Position numbers and translations under genes: made by a program
The notes under the pieces: generated by a model
Database searches by the model: none
What the model was told of the DNA's origin: nothing
What the model saw: only the letters and a program-made list of their open reading frames with translations
Shown here: one piece after another, positions 10,029-19,292 of the stretch
How the letters are laid out: the number at the start of each line of letters is the position of its first letter
How positions within the stretch are numbered: the stretch's first letter is position 1
From: Thermoproteota archaeon
GTDB taxonomy: Archaea; Thermoproteota; EX4484-205; JAAOZP01
Reading direction: 5' to 3'
Length of the DNA stretch: 48,506 nucleotides
Assembly: GCA_049700215.1 (NCBI GenBank)
Contig: JBNAVT010000015.1
Location: 1 to 48,506, forward strand

Positions 10029-11225
10029 TTGAAAGAGGTGTGCGTGCTAGCTTATTCAGGAGGGCTGGACACTTCAGTAATGATACCCTGGATAAGGGAG
10101 AAATACGGCATGGATGTTATCGCCGTCCTCATCGACGTGGGGCAGAAGGAGGATTTCGAAGCCGCTGTCGAAAGGGCTGAGAGGCTTGGAGCACTGGAGG
10201 TGGTTAAGACAGACGCTAGGAGAGAGTTTGTCGAAAACTATGTTTTCAGAGCCATAAAGGCCAACGGCCTGTACGAGGGGGTTTACCCAATGGGCACATC
10301 CCTCTCCAGGCCCCTAATAGCCTCGAAGATCGTTGAGGCCGCTGAGAAGAAGGGCGCGTCGACAGTGGCCCACGGCTGCACTGGGAAGGGGAACGACCAG
10401 GTTAGGTTTGAAGTATCAATAAGGTCGCTGAACCCTGGGCTTAGAATCCTCGCGCCGGTGAGAGAATGGGGGTTAAGCAGGGACGAGGAGGTTGAATACT
10501 TGGAGAAGAAGGGTGTTAAGATGGACCGTGGGAGAAGCAGGTTCAGCATAGACGACAACCTGTGGAGCAGGTCTATCGAGGGCGGTGAGCTTGAAGACCC
10601 TTGGGTGGAGCCTCCTGAGGAAGCATTCGTCTGGAGCAGGCCAGTGTCCGAGGCGCCGGGTGAGCCGGAGTACGTGACGCTCGAGTTCGACAAGGGTGTT
10701 CCAACAAGGCTGAACGGGGAGAGGCTTGACCCCGTTGAGCTAATACTCCGCGTAAACAAGACAGCCGGGTCCCACGGCTTCGGCAGGATAGACCACATGG
10801 AGGACCGTGTGGTCGGAATAAAGTCTAGAGAAGTCTATGAGGCTCCTGCAGCGTTAACCCTGATAAGGGCACACCAGGATCTTGAGAAACTCGTTTTAAC
10901 GAGGCTCGAGCTCGAGGAGAAGAAGAAGCTGGAGGCAACGTGGGCCTGGCTCGTCTACTCCGGGCTGTGGTTCGAACCATTAAGGATGGCTGTTGAAGCA
11001 TTCATAGACTGCACGCAGCAGAATGTAGACGGGGAGGTCAGGGTTAAGTTGTTCAAGGGGGAGGCGGCAGTCGTCGGCAGACGCTCGGCGAAATCACTCT
11101 ACGACGAGAAGAGAGCAACATACTCATCCCTATCCAGGTTCAACCAGAGCCTGGCGGACGGCTTCATACAGCTCTGGGGGCTCTCGACAGTAAGGGCGAA
11201 CGAGGTGCGTCAAAGTAAAAGCTAA
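10029..11225 (+). CDS. argG: Argininosuccinate synthase
   Basis: LAYSGGLDTS, AHGCTGKGNDQVRF, SID.NLW.RSIEGG.LEDP and GIKSREVYEAP motifs. TTG start at 10029 inferred. Confidence 0.96.
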   Translation: MKEVCVLAYSGGLDTSVMIPWIREKYGMDVIAVLIDVGQKEDFEAAVERAERLGALEVVKTDARREFVENYVFRAIKANGLYEGVYPMGTSLSRPLIASKIVEAAEKKGASTVAHGCTGKGNDQVRFEVSIRSLNPGLRILAPVREWGLSRDEEVEYLEKKGVKMDRGRSRFSIDDNLWSRSIEGGELEDPWVEPPEEAFVWSRPVSEAPGEPEYVTLEFDKGVPTRLNGERLDPVELILRVNKTAGSHGFGRIDHMEDRVVGIKSREVYEAPAALTLIRAHQDLEKLVLTRLELEEKKKLEATWAWLVYSGLWFEPLRMAVEAFIDCTQQNVDGEVRVKLFKGEAAVVGRRSAKSLYDEKRATYSSLSRFNQSLADGFIQLWGLSTVRANEVRQSKS

Positions 11226-11226
11226 A

Positions 11227-11234
11227 TTTATAAG
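11227..11234 (+). promoter_or_regulatory. Putative TATA box (TTTATAAG) for lysW-lysX
   Basis: Lies ~30 bp upstream of ATG 11263, consistent with a leaderless archaeal transcript. Confidence 0.55.
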
Positions 11235-11262
11235 CAAGAACATGAGGAATGTTCTACACTCC

Positions 11263-11436
11263 ATGAAGACAGAATGCGAGGAATGCTTAGCGGTGTTCGA
11301 GGTTTCTGAGGACGCGATAGTGGGTGAAGTAGTAACGTGCCCAGAATGCGGCTCAGACCTTGAGATAATAGAGATAAGCGGCGACACGGTTAAGACGAGG
11401 AAGATTCAGCTCTCAGGCGAGGACTGGGGCGAGTAG
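11263..11436 (+). CDS. lysW: Amino-group carrier protein LysW
   Basis: Two CxxC pairs and the C-terminal EDWGE signature. Confidence 0.96.
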   Translation: MKTECEECLAVFEVSEDAIVGEVVTCPECGSDLEIIEISGDTVKTRKIQLSGEDWGE

Positions 11437-11445
11437 GCGTAGGAA

Positions 11446-12300
11446 TTGCCTTTAAGCATTTTTTATGACCAGATAAGGTTTGAGGAGAAAGAGCTTTTCA
11501 AAGCAGCTGAAAACCTTTCAATACCATTTAAAAGGCTGAACGCCGACAATCTTTCGCTCACACTGGGCAGGAGGACGCCTGAGCTCCAGGATGTTGAAAC
11601 AGCCCTGCTCAGATGCGTATCCTACTTCAAGTCGCTCCACCTTTCAAGCTACCTTGAGGGGGTTGGAATACCAACGGTAAGCTCCTTCAAAACCCTGCAG
11701 ATAGCGGGCAATAAGCTTTTCACAACAGTGGAGCTCATGAAGAGAAACGTGAAAACCCCTTTCACAGTAGTCGCCTTCTCCTACCAGTCCGCCCTAGACT
11801 CTTTAAATAAGACAGGGTACCCCGCGGTTTTGAAACCCGTCATAGGAAGCTGGGGAAGACTAATCTCCCTTATAAAGGACAAGTATACTGCTGAAGCAGT
11901 TCTTGAAGACCGCTTATACATGTACCCCCTCTACCAGGTGTTTTTTGTTCAGGAGTATGTTGAGAAGCCCGGTAGAGACATTAGGGCTACGGTGATAGGG
12001 GGCGAGGTTGTTTCCGCAATATACCGCGTGTCTCCGCCGGACCAGTGGAAGACGAACATAGCCATAGGTGGAAAAAGCGAGAAAGCAGAGATCACCAGCG
12101 AGCTCGCGGAAATAGTTCTCAAAGCGGCCGAGGCAGTCGGGGGAGAAATAGTCGGGATCGACGTGATGGAAAGCCCGAGGGAGGGCTATGTTGTTAACGA
12201 GGTTAATCCCACGCCTGAGTTCAGGGGAAGCGTGGAGGCAACCCGCATCAACATTCCTGAAAAAATTATTAAATATCTCGTTTCAAAAGCCAGAAGATAG
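11446..12300 (+). CDS. lysX: LysX/ArgX ATP-grasp ligase
   Basis: KPVIGSWGRL, QEYV.KPGRDIR, WKTN.A.G and NEVN.TPEF motifs. Directly after lysW. Confidence 0.92.
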   Translation: MPLSIFYDQIRFEEKELFKAAENLSIPFKRLNADNLSLTLGRRTPELQDVETALLRCVSYFKSLHLSSYLEGVGIPTVSSFKTLQIAGNKLFTTVELMKRNVKTPFTVVAFSYQSALDSLNKTGYPAVLKPVIGSWGRLISLIKDKYTAEAVLEDRLYMYPLYQVFFVQEYVEKPGRDIRATVIGGEVVSAIYRVSPPDQWKTNIAIGGKSEKAEITSELAEIVLKAAEAVGGEIVGIDVMESPREGYVVNEVNPTPEFRGSVEATRINIPEKIIKYLVSKARR

Positions 12301-12436
12301 GCTGGCATGCTAGTGTGCGTTCAAAGAAGATTCCGCAACATGGGTGCTTAAAAAGCTCCTGTTTACGCTAACTGGATGAGAATATACTGTTATTCGAAAA
12401 AACTTATTTAGAACCTTAACCCTTATTAACCCCGCT

Positions 12437-13582
12437 ATGATTAGACTCGTAGGACTTGTTCTGGCTCTAGCCTTACTGTCATTCTTCCCTTCAACGCCTA
12501 AGGCTTACGCATCCCCCTTCGAGCTCTCCCACGATGATGGTAAGGCTGAATACGGTTGGAGCGATTTCTATCCTTATGCTGCAGCAGTAAGGTTCTCTCC
12601 CCCCTCGCAGAGCTGGAGGATAACAGCAATAAGGATTCACGCAACATGCTTCTTGAGGGGACCTGCACCGGTCTTCTACGTTCAAATCTGGGACAGCGGT
12701 TTAAACACTAAATATTGGTCAGCATTCCTCCTCGGCAGCGTCTTCAAGAACTCTACTCTAGACTGGTACACGATTCAGCTTCCAAACGTCGTCGTAACAG
12801 GCGTGTTCTACGTTGTTATTGTCCCAATGTTCACGCTCGACGGTGCCCAGCTCTGGATAAGCGTCGACGACGATCCCCCTTTCTCGAACAACAGCCTCAT
12901 AGTTGACGCCGGCGAGCACACAGTACTGGCTTCTCTAAACGCTACAAGTAAAAGGCCGGGGGACTTCATGATCAGAGTCGTAGGAGAGCCTACTCCAACC
13001 CCTCCCGAACTAAGGCTTTCCTCAATCGAGTTCAACCAGGATGAAACAGTTCTGGCTTTCAACTATCCGGGTGAAGCAGCGGGCTTCGAAGCAAGGCTCG
13101 TCAAGCCGGATGGAAGCTATACTGAAGAGAACGTTACCATGGTAGGCGGGAAACTGGTTGTGAGGGTTAGGGATGATGGCTTGCTTAACGTTAACCTAGT
13201 AACCCCTGCATATGAGACCATTGGGGTGAGCGTGAGGCTTGAAGCAGGCTTGAGAAGCCTTTACCAGTCTCTCCTAGCCAACCATACCGTTTTAAGCCGT
13301 GTTGCTAGCGACATGGCTGTTCAAATAGGTTTACTGACTAGAGAGAACGAGGACCTTAGTCTCAGGCTGAACCAGAGCCAAGCGTTAAACAGGCTTCAGG
13401 AGGCGAGGATAGAGGAACTTCTAGTCAACGTTTCCACGATTAAAGAGGATTTGGACAACGCGAGGGCTGAGGCCTCGAGGCTTAGAGGCGAGAATACCCT
13501 CCTCAAAGCAGGACTGGTCTTGATAATGGTTTCATTCCTACTGATTTTCCTCGAGGTGAGGAGAAGGTGGAGAAGAAGCTAG
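12437..13582 (+). CDS. Secreted beta-sandwich + coiled-coil protein with C-terminal membrane anchor
   Basis: Signal peptide (AYA cleavage), ELSHDDG..E domain start, heptad-rich segment, and TM helix followed by RRRWRR. Overlaps the next gene. Confidence 0.7.
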   Translation: MIRLVGLVLALALLSFFPSTPKAYASPFELSHDDGKAEYGWSDFYPYAAAVRFSPPSQSWRITAIRIHATCFLRGPAPVFYVQIWDSGLNTKYWSAFLLGSVFKNSTLDWYTIQLPNVVVTGVFYVVIVPMFTLDGAQLWISVDDDPPFSNNSLIVDAGEHTVLASLNATSKRPGDFMIRVVGEPTPTPPELRLSSIEFNQDETVLAFNYPGEAAGFEARLVKPDGSYTEENVTMVGGKLVVRVRDDGLLNVNLVTPAYETIGVSVRLEAGLRSLYQSLLANHTVLSRVASDMAVQIGLLTRENEDLSLRLNQSQALNRLQEARIEELLVNVSTIKEDLDNARAEASRLRGENTLLKAGLVLIMVSFLLIFLEVRRRWRRS

Positions 13583-16500
13583 CTGGAATCCTTCTAACCA
13601 TCCTAATCCTAAGCCTCGAGCTCAACAGCACCCTGCTAATCAGGGTTTCCGCGCAGCCTGAGGAGCTCGCTAAGAAGCTCGAGGAGTACTTGGGGAAAGC
13701 TATTCCAGAGGATCTTCTCGCTGAGGAGTGTGAGTACGTTGTCCCAGAGGGCTTCAACCTCACCCTTGCTGAAAGGCTGTGGAGGGATTTCAGCCTATAC
13801 GTTAGCACAGGCTGCACAACCAGCGAGCTTAGAAGCGAAGTTAAGAAGATTTATGGGAATTCCTCGCTGATCAAAGCGACGCTGTCAAACGGTGAAACCA
13901 TAGGGCTGAACGTTAGCAGCGTAAGTGTTGAGAGAAGCCTTGAAGATGGGAGCGTAAGCGTAAAGATACCTGTTGCCTCAAGCACGAGCCTCAACTATAC
14001 TCGCTACAACTTCACCAAGCAAGCAGGTTTCTACGAGGCCTGGAACAAGACCTTGGTTAGGGAGTACAGGGTTTGGAGGCGTGAGCAAGGCTGGTATGTT
14101 TACACCTTTGAAGACCTCGTGTCGAACAAGAGCTTCACAGTGGTCTCGAGAATCTGGGGAGAGTCCTCAAGGGTTGAGGAAACTTGGCTTGAAGGCTTGA
14201 GGAAGCTTGGCGGGGGAGCGTGGAACGAGCCTGTTCGCTATCTCCCATCATTCGAGTACACGAAGTGGGGATGGCTGCGCGTAAACGGGCCCGTGATAGC
14301 AGTACCCGGGCACTACGAGGAAGTTAGGCTCCTCTACCCGGAGCATAGGAGGAGCTTCAAAGTATTGTTCCCAGCCTACGACCCGGCGATAATAGAGGGC
14401 TGGGTTGTCGACGTCAATGTTTCTTCAACAAGCCTCAACACCGGCGAAACGCTTGAGATAAGCTATCTCGCGGAATACTGCTCGCCCTTCGGCGGGGAGC
14501 CTGAGCCGTTAAACGCTACCTTGAGCCTCGAAGCTCCAGGCTCCTTCGAGCCTCTAAGCAACCTTGAAACTAAGCTGGATGACGCACATACCTCAGGGGT
14601 TTTCAGGCTCAAGGCTGTTAAGCCTGGGACCTACAACATCACCCTAAGGCTTGAAGGCAACGCTGTCTTCGCGAACACCGCCAGCAATGAGGAAGCCTAT
14701 ACTATCCAGATCGTTTCCCCGCCAGCCCCGTCACTAAGCATTGAGACCGTTGAGCGGGACACCTCTGTTTTGAAGCACGCTAAACTGGTTTTAAGGATCA
14801 GGAATAACGGTGGCGGTGTTGCTAGAAACATTGTTTTAGAAATAACTGGAAGCAACATGGAGGGCTTTGCCAGAAGCATAGGGAGCATTGAAGCAGGCGA
14901 GGCCAGGGATGTTGAGCTTACTCTAAGACTACTCCAGCCTTCATCCTTAGCCAAGATAATTGTCAGGTATAGCGATGATGACGGCAACCCTTACCTGGTC
15001 AGTATTGAAACAATGGTTTCAACAGAGACTTTCTGGGTTCCGGAGCACTTCGAGGAGTACACCGTCGTCGTCCCAGAGCACGAGGAGACCCTAAGGGTAT
15101 TCGTACCGGGCTATGAGGCTGCAACCCATATTAGGTTCTACGCGTTGTGGGATGAGAGGATACTCGGCGAAGCAATCTTCAGGGCTGAAAGGCTGCATGA
15201 GACTCCTTATTATGAAACAAGCTTAAGCATGGGGCTCATACCCGTCCCCGTCCCAGGCCTAGGGGTTGAGCTGAGCATGGGTGCAGGCAGAGAAGCCTTA
15301 ACAGAAGCAGGAGTCAATATCATGGTTAAAACCATAGAGCCGTACTACGAGCACCTCGGCGTCCTCAGCGAGGATGATGTTCTCAGGCTGGTAGACGCGG
15401 ATAAGCAATCTCTCAGAATCGGAAACATCTCTTCAGACTACAGGGTTGAACCATTGAAGCCATACTGGGTCGAGGGCAAACCCATAGTGTTGAACGAGAC
15501 GCAGCTAGCCCTCTACCAAGCTATGATGGACGAGGTGAAGAAGGCTAACCCCGATATAGACTACGATTACAAGGAGACCCTGATCGACGTTAGAACTAAG
15601 GTGGGAAAGGCTGAACCAGGCTACATTGTTCTAACATACCACCCGTTGAAGGTTGTTGGCGAAGGGCCTCTAAGATCCATCAGGGTCAGGAACTTCGCCG
15701 GAATAGGCTTAGACTACAGGGTTAACGTTGAAACCTTCATTTTAACGGTTTTCGGGAAAACACGCAGCGAGAATGGTTGGAAACACCTCTTCCTCGGTGA
15801 GAAGGAGGATGCTGTCCTGCTCTCCTCAACCCTGGATCAGGTTTACGACAGGGAGGTCTTCATCAACATAACCTTTAACGGCAGGCTCGTCGCCAAAGCC
15901 AGGTTCATCCTTAAGCACGAGTCCTCACCATACTGGAAGGGCTTCTGGGACGGCTTAGCATCCCAAGCCTGGAAGATAGCTATAACCGTGGGGCTGATGG
16001 TTATCGTCGGCTTCATCGTCCCAGCTCAACACGTCGTGACGGCTTCGCAAATCATCCTCGGTGTAGGCGTAGCCATGAACCTCCTCGAGGTTGGAATGGA
16101 TGTTTACAACGCATATCTTGCTAGGGACGAGATGAACACTCTTGCCAGCGAATACGTGAACAAGTCGATAGAATATTCGAATAAGAAGATGCCTGAACAC
16201 GCTGCCGAATGCCTCGAGCTCGCCCACAGACTCAGGATCGAGGCTAACGCAACCATTGAAAACCTTGGGGTAAACGCCCTCTCAGGACTCGCCGCAGACG
16301 TTACGTGGGACGAGATAAGCATAGCACTCGGATGGAAGGAGCCCCTAGTCCTACCTGGAGAAAGCAAAGAGTACAAGGTTGGATACGCGACAGGCAGGGT
16401 CGCCGGAGCAGTAGTGCTCTGCATGCTGTACGCGGCGCTCTACACCATGATGGTCAAGATTAAGGCCGAGAGGATAATGGGCCAGCCGCTGAGCATAATC

Positions 16501-18600
16501 CAAGTCCTCAAGCTGATGGCGAGGGGAGTATACAACTGGATAACGCCAGCAATATGGGACGCAACCATACTTGCGGTCGAGAGAAAAGGAGCCGTGTTCT
16601 TCAGCAGGATTAGCGACCTCCTCCTAGGAAACAAGTATAGCAGGAGGTTCGGGGAAGCCATAGGAAACCTTGTGGGAAGCATAAAGGCAGACCCGCCTAA
16701 GGTTGACGAAGCCCTAGAGATCTCCACGGAGATCTCGAAACAAGTCGTGGAAAACGTGCCGAGCAGGGAGAGCTCCAGCAAGATTCTTGATGCTATTGGC
16801 ACGCTCATTGAGCGGTATTCTCCAGACGAGTTAAAGGAGAAGGGAGGCACGGTTGCGAGGAGCATAGTATCCATATGGGTCAAGGATGGGGATGAAGCAA
16901 TAGATTCGTTGAACAGCTGGCTCAGCGTCAACTCGAAGGACATTGAGAAGATGAAGGCCCTCGACAACATCCTGCTCGAAATAGAGGGAGACGCTGCGAA
17001 AGGAGTTGGATTAGAAATAGGAAACATAGTTGACGGCTATCTTAAAGTTAGGGGCATATACGATGAAGATACTGGAAACACTTTTCTCAATATTGTTCTA
17101 AAGAATCCCGATGCATTAAACGAGTTATTAGCTAAGATGGCTAGTGCAAAAAATTACTTTTTTGATTATAATGAAAAACCCCATGTAATTACATTGAAAA
17201 GAGGAGGATATAGTGATCTAAACTTGGGAAAGGACAATCAGCTAGAACCAGGAGTATATAGGGTAAAGGTTTACTGGAGGTATAGCGATGAGGAGGGATG
17301 TGTTGAATTCCTAGTCTCGAAGGATGTTAAATCAGAATATATTGCCATACCAGAGGATCATGTTAATAAAATATTAGATGAGATAAATGTTGATGAAGCA
17401 ATCATAAGGATAACTGGCGTTAAATCATTTGAGTACATTCCTGAACTCTATTTTCCGAAAAGTTTCCCTCTTGGAGGAAATGTGGTAAACTTAAATTTAA
17501 TCAGTGCCGAAGTTACGGTAATTGACGGATTTTACGGAAAACCGAGTAAACTTCCCATAATAAATTGGGAACTTAGAAGTATTAAGGGTGAAGCTGCTTT
17601 AGCAATAACAACTGAAGCTAAAGATATGTATGGCAGTAATAACCTCATTCTAACTTTCTATGAAGGCGGCAGGGTGAAATATAGAGACCGTTTCATCACC
17701 GATATTGAAGTGTACAGGGGACGATGGACTATCAAGTATATGACAACGCAAGGAATGGTTACACCTATGTTTATTGTTGGAAAGTATATTACGGTGCCGC
17801 AGGAGCTGAAAATGGCGGATGATGTTAGAGGTGTTACGGGTCTTAAAACTCTTAGTCTGAAAGAGCGTATTTTCAAAAGCGGCTATTACCTTTATGGATT
17901 AGAGAAAGTAGGAAACGAGGACATTAGTGCTGATGAGAGGCTAGTAATCAGGGCATGGTTCATTGATGAGAATGGTAACTATAAGCCCGCATTCTGTATG
18001 GATCCTGATTTAAAAGTTAGAGTTCCGGAAGGAGCAACCGAGATAGTAAGTATAGAAGTGTTAAAATATCCGGATGTTATTAACGATTTAGATGAATGCA
18101 TTCGAATGTTAAAACATTATCCTGATGATAAGTATCTGATAGGACAGGTTGGAGAATTGATAGCGAAAAGTAGCGAAAGTACTAACATCATGCTCTCAAA
18201 ATACCTAGATGAAATATCTAAAGAAACAGGGATCCCAAAGGATAAAATGAATCTCGTATGGCATAAATGGGTATACAATCCAGACCCTGATTTAAAAGTA
18301 GTAGTTCCAGAGGATGTAACCGATAAATATGGAAATTTAATTAAAGGTGGAAGCATCATAGCTATTGGTGAAGTGAAAAGCACTTCAACCTGCACACCAG
18401 CTAACTTTAAAAATGGGATTAATAACTGCAGGAGTAGCCTCGAAAATTTCTTCAATAGGAGTGAATTTGAAAGCGTTAAGTATGGCATCGCAATAGTGCT
18501 TGCCTATAATATAGACAATCCTCCTAGTGGGAAATCCTATGACCTCCCTCCGAAAATCGGTGATTATGGTAATCCCTATATGGAGTTGATTAAGAGGTGA
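13567..18600 (+). CDS. Large secreted multi-domain protein with C-terminal PD-(D/E)xK nuclease-like domain; candidate polymorphic toxin
   Basis: Signal peptide and Ig/CARDB-like domains (IRNNGGG.ARN..L..G.IEAGE). Hydrophobic helices near aa 800-960. AT-rich tip containing GQVGE..A / PDPD / GEVKST. Confidence 0.7.
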   Translation: MEKKLAGILLTILILSLELNSTLLIRVSAQPEELAKKLEEYLGKAIPEDLLAEECEYVVPEGFNLTLAERLWRDFSLYVSTGCTTSELRSEVKKIYGNSSLIKATLSNGETIGLNVSSVSVERSLEDGSVSVKIPVASSTSLNYTRYNFTKQAGFYEAWNKTLVREYRVWRREQGWYVYTFEDLVSNKSFTVVSRIWGESSRVEETWLEGLRKLGGGAWNEPVRYLPSFEYTKWGWLRVNGPVIAVPGHYEEVRLLYPEHRRSFKVLFPAYDPAIIEGWVVDVNVSSTSLNTGETLEISYLAEYCSPFGGEPEPLNATLSLEAPGSFEPLSNLETKLDDAHTSGVFRLKAVKPGTYNITLRLEGNAVFANTASNEEAYTIQIVSPPAPSLSIETVERDTSVLKHAKLVLRIRNNGGGVARNIVLEITGSNMEGFARSIGSIEAGEARDVELTLRLLQPSSLAKIIVRYSDDDGNPYLVSIETMVSTETFWVPEHFEEYTVVVPEHEETLRVFVPGYEAATHIRFYALWDERILGEAIFRAERLHETPYYETSLSMGLIPVPVPGLGVELSMGAGREALTEAGVNIMVKTIEPYYEHLGVLSEDDVLRLVDADKQSLRIGNISSDYRVEPLKPYWVEGKPIVLNETQLALYQAMMDEVKKANPDIDYDYKETLIDVRTKVGKAEPGYIVLTYHPLKVVGEGPLRSIRVRNFAGIGLDYRVNVETFILTVFGKTRSENGWKHLFLGEKEDAVLLSSTLDQVYDREVFINITFNGRLVAKARFILKHESSPYWKGFWDGLASQAWKIAITVGLMVIVGFIVPAQHVVTASQIILGVGVAMNLLEVGMDVYNAYLARDEMNTLASEYVNKSIEYSNKKMPEHAAECLELAHRLRIEANATIENLGVNALSGLAADVTWDEISIALGWKEPLVLPGESKEYKVGYATGRVAGAVVLCMLYAALYTMMVKIKAERIMGQPLSIIQVLKLMARGVYNWITPAIWDATILAVERKGAVFFSRISDLLLGNKYSRRFGEAIGNLVGSIKADPPKVDEALEISTEISKQVVENVPSRESSSKILDAIGTLIERYSPDELKEKGGTVARSIVSIWVKDGDEAIDSLNSWLSVNSKDIEKMKALDNILLEIEGDAAKGVGLEIGNIVDGYLKVRGIYDEDTGNTFLNIVLKNPDALNELLAKMASAKNYFFDYNEKPHVITLKRGGYSDLNLGKDNQLEPGVYRVKVYWRYSDEEGCVEFLVSKDVKSEYIAIPEDHVNKILDEINVDEAIIRITGVKSFEYIPELYFPKSFPLGGNVVNLNLISAEVTVIDGFYGKPSKLPIINWELRSIKGEAALAITTEAKDMYGSNNLILTFYEGGRVKYRDRFITDIEVYRGRWTIKYMTTQGMVTPMFIVGKYITVPQELKMADDVRGVTGLKTLSLKERIFKSGYYLYGLEKVGNEDISADERLVIRAWFIDENGNYKPAFCMDPDLKVRVPEGATEIVSIEVLKYPDVINDLDECIRMLKHYPDDKYLIGQVGELIAKSSESTNIMLSKYLDEISKETGIPKDKMNLVWHKWVYNPDPDLKVVVPEDVTDKYGNLIKGGSIIAIGEVKSTSTCTPANFKNGINNCRSSLENFFNRSEFESVKYGIAIVLAYNIDNPPSGKSYDLPPKIGDYGNPYMELIKR

Positions 18601-19292
18601 GCGATATGAGTTATCAAGAAGAGGGGGGAGTAGATATGGAGCTTCTGAAAAGGATAGGAATATATATTACTGATGGCAGGGGCAACTATGAAATCAGGAC
18701 CAAAGGCTTTCTCCCCGGTGAAGATAGCACATTAGAGCAAGTACCTACCAAATGGGTCGTTAGGGGTAGCTTCACTAAGAAGGTTTGTGGGGACATCGAG
18801 GGGAGGATAATTGTAGATACAGCCATCCTATACAATATATCGGAAGAGATCTTGGAAGTCTTACGTTCAGTTTATAAGGAGAAGCTTAAAGAAGCCGAGG
18901 ATAGCGAGGAGGAATCAAAGCTCATCAAGAAGATGGTTGAGGAAAAGTTCAGGATACAGAACGAGTTGAGGGATAGAAGCAACTGGGATAGATACTTCTC
19001 TAAAAAACCTTTTGGAAAACTCATGCGAAGGATTACATGGGGCGATGTGGCTGCAACAATGGTTACCAGGGAGTTCGGCGTCGAGGTTGTCCACTGGATT
19101 CCTCCAACACCCGATGAATACGTGTATTTTTACTCAACATTCGATTCGAAGGGTATGAGCAATGACCAGATTTTTGACGAAGTAAGGAAGAGGATTGATG
19201 CTGTTAGTAAGGCTGAACGAATTTATTATTTAGGTGAGGCTTTTTTGCGTAAGCGGAGAACCGAAAGGAGATACATACGGGGAAGATGGTGA
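18597..19292 (+). CDS. Hypothetical protein, candidate immunity protein 1
   Basis: Overlaps the toxin stop, is AT-rich, has no signal peptide, and is paralogous to the next gene. Confidence 0.65.
   Translation: MSDMSYQEEGGVDMELLKRIGIYITDGRGNYEIRTKGFLPGEDSTLEQVPTKWVVRGSFTKKVCGDIEGRIIVDTAILYNISEEILEVLRSVYKEKLKEAEDSEEESKLIKKMVEEKFRIQNELRDRSNWDRYFSKKPFGKLMRRITWGDVAATMVTREFGVEVVHWIPPTPDEYVYFYSTFDSKGMSNDQIFDEVRKRIDAVSKAERIYYLGEAFLRKRRTERRYIRGRW
18955..19207 (+). repeat. 253-bp exact direct repeat, copy 1
   Basis: TACAGAACGAG...GATGCTGTTAG is identical to 19674..19926 (offset 719). Confidence 0.97.
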
